From: a virus | Lineage: Duplodnaviria > Caudoviricetes | Length of the DNA stretch: 39,807 nucleotides | Direction: 5' to 3' (one strand) | IMG/VR virus record: IMGVR_UViG_3300012816_000022 | Coordinates: 1-39,807 of that record | Shown here: positions 36,089-39,807 of the stretch, piece by piece | How positions within the stretch are numbered: the stretch's first letter is position 1 | How the letters are laid out: every line of letters starts with the position of its first letter | Program-made: the position numbers and the translations under genes | Notes under the pieces: generated by a model | What the model was told of the DNA's origin: nothing | What the model saw: the letters and a program-made list of their open reading frames with translations, nothing else | Database searches by the model: none

Positions 36089-36717
36089 GAATGTGTTGGA
36101 CAAGCTTCACTCCGAACTGATTCGACCCACTCAAGAATGGGATTGGCCTTGAAGTAGCTGACAGCAATATCGACATCTCTAGGCATTTCGGCGCCTCGCG
36201 TAGAAGCATGCCGCGCCCGCATCGCGATTTCGTAGATGGGAATTGGCAATGGGCAAACTATCGGAAGCTCGTAGGGAGCGTACCGGCTGAAGGAGGGCTT
36301 CTCTAACATTGTCCAAGAAGCCGCCATTGCAATGTCACGAATCGCCGTGTGCACAATTCCTAGTTCGTAGACCGAACTGGGTGAGTCGTTTTCAAGTTCG
36401 CTCAAGGAGTTGGCAAGGAGCAATCGCAAATCGGCAAGGTCTGCAGCCAACGAAGAGTAGGGGGCAGGTTTACCAAGTTCTGCAAGAAATCCAACACCCG
36501 AACGAGGGTAGACGCGGACCGCCTCAAGGTGCAGGTGCCATGCAAAAAGCCGTCCATCTGCGAAGTAGCCTTCTATGGTCTTCTTAGAGTAAACGCTCCA
36601 AGACGGTGGTAAGAGCTTCGGCTCCGAGATGTCTTGTATCACCAGTACGTCCGCGTCTGAAGATGAGGACACCTCTCCTCTGGTCATCGATCCGAAAACA
36701 TAGATTTCGTGTCTCAT
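36085..36717 (-). CDS. halB: Pol-beta superfamily nucleotidyltransferase, Hailong HalB-like
   Basis: IYVFGSMTRGE...SDADVL (GS..DxD), FAWHLHLE, helical C-terminal domain; ATGA-coupled to channel gene. Confidence 0.75.
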   Translation of the reverse strand: MRHEIYVFGSMTRGEVSSSSDADVLVIQDISEPKLLPPSWSVYSKKTIEGYFADGRLFAWHLHLEAVRVYPRSGVGFLAELGKPAPYSSLAADLADLRLLLANSLSELENDSPSSVYELGIVHTAIRDIAMAASWTMLEKPSFSRYAPYELPIVCPLPIPIYEIAMRARHASTRGAEMPRDVDIAVSYFKANPILEWVESVRSEACPTHS

Positions 36718-37511
36718 CTTCGTGAGAGGCGCTTAACCAGGATGGCCATGAACAGACCAAACGCGACAAACTGAGTGATGGTGAGCGCCAGCGTATAGAT
36801 CGGGGGCATGGCTTCTGCGTACTGCTTCCCCCAAAATTGCCACACCGATTCTGTCAGCGCAGCAGCTAGCGAAACGTTTGCATCGCGCGCATAGAGAATC
36901 GAGATGACAAGAATGGCAAAAAGACAGCAAAACACGATACGAATGATGCTCTCACCATTGCCCCAAAGTAGATCAAGAGCCTTCCAACGAGCATGCTGGG
37001 CTGCATGAGAAAGTCTGTCGACGCCTTTGTACTTTGATCGATAGTACGACTCGTTCGAGTAGGCAGCTTTGTAAAGGTGTTGCCCCGTCAAGCGAACTTC
37101 AATGGACGCTGATCGGTTGACCGCCTCGTAGTTGCCAATCTCTGCGAAATTGACTCGCAAGGACCTGACCAAGTCTCTGGCGAGATTCTCCTCGCTGGGA
37201 AGGCAGTGGTCGAGGAAGTCATCATCGAGTTGCGACTTTTCCCAAGCTGTGTATCGGAAGGTGCAGTTCTCGAACTGCGAACCTCGCAGATTGGTTTCCT
37301 TGACAAACGCTCCCGTGAAGTCGCATCCGATGAATCGACAATTGCGAAAGTAACACCCCAAAAAATTTACCTGCTTGAAGCACACCTTGGTGAAGATTTT
37401 CCCGACCGCATATACACGCACCATTTCATGACGCGTGTAGTCTTCGTCGCTGATGCTCGTGGTGAACTCCACGTCCTCCAGCTTGGGCTTCTTGTTGTCT
37501 TGAAGAGCCAT
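36714..37511 (-). CDS. halA: Pentapeptide-repeat + 2TM/pore-helix ion-channel protein, Hailong HalA-like
   Basis: FTKVCFKQVNFLGCYFRNCRFIGCDFTGA pentapeptide repeats; WGNGES-TM1-pore helix-TM2-KRLSRR. Confidence 0.72.
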   Translation of the reverse strand: MALQDNKKPKLEDVEFTTSISDEDYTRHEMVRVYAVGKIFTKVCFKQVNFLGCYFRNCRFIGCDFTGAFVKETNLRGSQFENCTFRYTAWEKSQLDDDFLDHCLPSEENLARDLVRSLRVNFAEIGNYEAVNRSASIEVRLTGQHLYKAAYSNESYYRSKYKGVDRLSHAAQHARWKALDLLWGNGESIIRIVFCCLFAILVISILYARDANVSLAAALTESVWQFWGKQYAEAMPPIYTLALTITQFVAFGLFMAILVKRLSRR

Positions 37512-37853
37512 GGATTGTGATTGTGGTTGTGAGAGCTAGCGTAGCGTATCTCGCAGGACCTACGAAAAAAGCTGGACCATATGGGACAAGTTGGGCGTCA
37601 ATTCATCCTAGTGCCCAACTCCTTCCGCGAGCTATAGTATTTGAAGCTAGTGCATTCGCTGGAACAACCAGCAACTTCGAGGTGCACGGTTAAGGAGGGG
37701 CAGTGGATTTTCAGCGCCGTAGTCACTTGCAGTTCATGCGATGTTGGGGGAAGTTACGAGCCACTTGTTACATTTTTGCCAAATCAAGTCAGATCGCAAG
37801 CCAGAAATGACCAAAGGGTTTGCGCGTGCCACATTGTGTTAGGCCTCTTATCC

Positions 37854-38951
37854 ATGGACAAGCGCTACCAAGTATTCGTCAGCTCCACTTATGAGGATTT
37901 GCGCGCAGAGCGCCAGGAAGTGATGCAAGCTCTGCTTGAACTGGACTGCATCCCATCCGGTATGGAGCTTTTTCCAGCCGCTGATGAGGAGCAGTGGAGT
38001 CTTATTAAACGCGTGATCGATGAATGCGACTACTACATCATCATCTGCGCAGGCCGCTATGGAAGCATTGCACCAAGTGGCCTTAGCTATACCGAGATGG
38101 AGTATCGGTATGCCCTAGAAACTGGAAAGCCAACGTTAGCCTTCCTACACAAGGCGCCTGAAAATCTACCTTCTGCGAAGTGTGAGCGAACTGACGAAGG
38201 GAGAGCCAAGCTTGTCACCTTCCGATCATCTGTAAGCCAAAAGCTGTGCAAATTCTGGGAGGGCCCAGCGGAGCTCGGCTCAGTAGTTAGTCGTAGCGTC
38301 GTGAAATTAATTAGGCAGCAGCCTGGGGTAGGTTGGGTCCGATCTAACGAATTGATTGATGGAGCGGCAGCGTCAGAGGTGCTGCGATTGCGCCGTCAGA
38401 TTGAAGAATTAGAAGCCAAGCTCGCGGCGGTTCGCAACTCTGCCCCGCCAGGGACGGAAGAACTGTCGCAAGGTTTCGAAAAATATTCGATCGACTACAG
38501 TTTTTCCTCCTCCGACTTCTCCACCGTCTCCAGGACTAACTGGGAGTGGAACTTCAGCGTCGATCTTTCTTGGGATGAGATCTTCTACGAAGTCGGGCCC
38601 TATCTAATTGACGAGACAACAGAAGCTGGCCTTCGCATGTCGATGAACAAAATGATCCAAGCTCGCTCTCGTACGCAGCGGTCTAAGGAACAGGGCCTGC
38701 GCAATCATAAAAACCTGCGTAATTTCCAGGTCGATGACCACGACTACCAGACCATCAAGATTCAGCTGCGCGCGCTCGGCCTCATCGCGAAGAGTGAGAA
38801 GACGCGTAGTCTCAAGGACGCGGGAACGTACTGGACACTGACGCCATATGGTGACCAAGTTCTTACCGGCCTTCGAGCCATACGGAGGGCCGATGACGAC
38901 GCCGCAGAAGAGCCCGACCACACTGATGAGCAGGCACGCGAAGAGACCTGA
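37854..38951 (+). CDS. DUF4062-domain protein (TIR/NDT-like N-terminus, coiled coil, winged-helix-like C-terminus)
   Basis: MDKRYQVFVSSTYEDL...GMELFPA...IDECDYYI...GRYGS...SYTEMEYRYA; start re-placed to ATG 37854 (365 aa). Confidence 0.85.
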   Translation: MDKRYQVFVSSTYEDLRAERQEVMQALLELDCIPSGMELFPAADEEQWSLIKRVIDECDYYIIICAGRYGSIAPSGLSYTEMEYRYALETGKPTLAFLHKAPENLPSAKCERTDEGRAKLVTFRSSVSQKLCKFWEGPAELGSVVSRSVVKLIRQQPGVGWVRSNELIDGAAASEVLRLRRQIEELEAKLAAVRNSAPPGTEELSQGFEKYSIDYSFSSSDFSTVSRTNWEWNFSVDLSWDEIFYEVGPYLIDETTEAGLRMSMNKMIQARSRTQRSKEQGLRNHKNLRNFQVDDHDYQTIKIQLRALGLIAKSEKTRSLKDAGTYWTLTPYGDQVLTGLRAIRRADDDAAEEPDHTDEQAREET

Positions 38952-39000
38952 CTGGTTATGCCCAACGTCCACGGGCGGCACTCACATATCCGCGCACGTC

Positions 39001-39246
39001 ATTGGTCTGGAGAACCTTTTAAAGCTGGCTGAGGTGTATGGCGGCGAGTCCTACTTCCAGCTTCCCAAGGCCGAACGGGCACTGATCCAGGTGCGCAATG
39101 CACGCATCGCCCAGGCCTACGCCACCCACAAAACGGCCCACGAGTTGGCTGTTGAGTACCACCTCACAGAGCGGCAGGTGGAGCGCATCTTGGCTGCAGC
39201 CGGGGCTACCGCCCCTGAGGACCGGCGCCAAGACGTTTTGTTTTAA
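39001..39246 (+). pseudogene. mor: Orphan 3' half of a second mor allele
   Basis: 81 codons + stop, collinear with 35434-35679; 65/81 aa identical by manual count; lacks the N-terminal part. Confidence 0.85.
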
Positions 39247-39259
39247 AGCGGTTTAAAGG

Positions 39260-39387
39260 CGTGCGACTTAGTCGAAGTCGCACGTTGTGGATAAGTGCAA
39301 TGCGGCGCTCACTAACCCATTGATTTCAATACATTTATTGGAAGAAGCTCCCCAAATTGCCGTGCGACTTCCTTGCGTGCGACTTCC
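39260..39387. repeat. CGTGCGACTT repeats near right end (candidate transposase/end-binding sites)
   Basis: Inverted pair 39260-39269/39275-39284; direct pair CGTGCGACTTCC at 39361 and 39376. Confidence 0.65.
39313..39325 (-). promoter_or_regulatory. IHF consensus site
   Basis: Minus strand AATCAATGGGTTA matches WATCAANNNNTTR, in AT-rich context. Confidence 0.55.
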
Positions 39388-39729
39388 CGGGAGCGCTCTA
39401 ACCTCAGCCAAGTGCTCGATTGGCGGGGGCTTAGAGCGCGGCTCTCCAATGAAAACGGGGGCACAGGGCCCCAGAACCACTTCTCGGCACCACAGCCCCA
39501 CCCAGGCCCACAAAGCGCCCATTCGGACCGTTTTGCCCCTTTGGACCGCCCATTCCGCGCCAAAGCCACCAGCAACGCCAAAATGCCTCAAATCGCCCGC
39601 AAACCCGCACCAGCATTAGCGAGGGCCAAATTTATCCACAGCCCCCGACCGTGCCAATTCGATCACCTCCCCACTTCGGTTCGCCGCGCGGGCCCGTTCC
39701 CACGCTTGCGGCCTGTGGGTGGTCAGGCC

Positions 39730-39760
39730 AAAAAAAAGCCCGGTCGTAAAACCGGGCTTT
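39730..39760 (-). terminator. Intrinsic terminator, probably host side
   Basis: AAAAAAAAGCCCGGT-CGTAAA-ACCGGGCTTT hairpin with U-tract on minus strand. Confidence 0.65.
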
Positions 39761-39807
39761 AAAAGGATCCTTGAAACGGGGGTTTCGAGAGGATCCAAGG
39801 AGACAAC

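Larger units (their letters stand above)
1..39673. mobile_element. Transposable (Mu-like, B3-type organisation) siphovirus prophage; left end outside window
   Basis: MuA-like DDE transposase + MuB-like ATPase, ner, gemA, mor, DUF1804-type TerS, gpF-like head gene, gpT-like capsid. Early genes run rightward and late genes leftward from a central repressor. Right boundary inferred from repeats ending ...CCTCCCCA at 39673. Confidence 0.93.

Noticed and set aside
36085-36717. NTase as CBASS CD-NTase or MNT-HEPN antitoxin
   Set aside because: Too short for a CD-NTase, no RxxxxH HEPN toxin partner; partner is a pentapeptide/ion-channel protein, which fits Hailong better.
36714-37511. Pentapeptide protein as Qnr quinolone-resistance gene
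   Set aside because: Repeats cover only the N-terminal third and are fused to TM helices.
14752-37853. Long N-terminal extensions in the ORF track (starts 15831, 22609, 24951, 27273, 30689, 33070, 37641)
   Set aside because: They overlap neighbouring genes or intergenic DNA; downstream starts with RBS or stop-start coupling fit better.
38848-39246. 132-aa ORF as an intact second mor gene
   Set aside because: First ~50 codons overlap the DUF4062 gene and do not resemble Mor; only the last 81 codons match. Translation from ATG 38926 is not excluded but unsupported.
39324-39333. Minus-strand TGTATTGA, resembling the start of Mu's left end, as the prophage terminus
   Set aside because: End-type repeats continue to the right (39361-39387, 39625-39673) and the sequence abuts an IHF consensus. 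Kept only as a less likely alternative.
39260-39387. CGTGCGACTT repeats as a CRISPR array
   Set aside because: Only 10-12 bp, irregular spacing, mixed orientation, no cas genes.
1-39807. tRNA or rRNA genes
   Set aside because: No cloverleaf or rRNA-like sequence seen by eye.

Overview
Nearly the whole window is one transposable (Mu-like) prophage with a long non-contractile tail and a B3-like layout, in a GC-rich host (probably a betaproteobacterium; inference only). A central cI/ner switch (27.2-28.5 kb) separates two arms. The leftward late arm holds lysis, terminase, portal, head, a fused protease-scaffold-capsid, connectors, tail tube, tape measure and tail tip/fibre genes, and runs off the left edge. 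The rightward early arm holds ner, the A transposase, the B ATPase, small genes, gemA and mor. The right end is probably near 39673, followed by a little host DNA. Four AT-richer accessory modules are present: (1) a 51-aa membrane gene antisense in the tail operon; (2) a soluble protein + 4-TM protein pair at 18.4-20.0 kb with Rex/Kiwa-like architecture, which I cannot assign to a family; (3) a secreted DUF4124-like gene behind cI; (4) a 3.3-kb defence cassette with a Hailong-like pentapeptide/ion-channel + nucleotidyltransferase operon, a coupled third gene and a divergent DUF4062 gene, bracketed by two diverged copies of the 3' half of mor. Non-coding signals include three identically built dyad/T-tract/-10 elements (likely Mor-activated late promoters that double as terminators), a strong excess of TTTAAA in the GC-rich core, a candidate central gyrase site, and two perfect DnaA boxes plus an IHF site near the right end. 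Family names come from motif recognition by eye; no searches were run.
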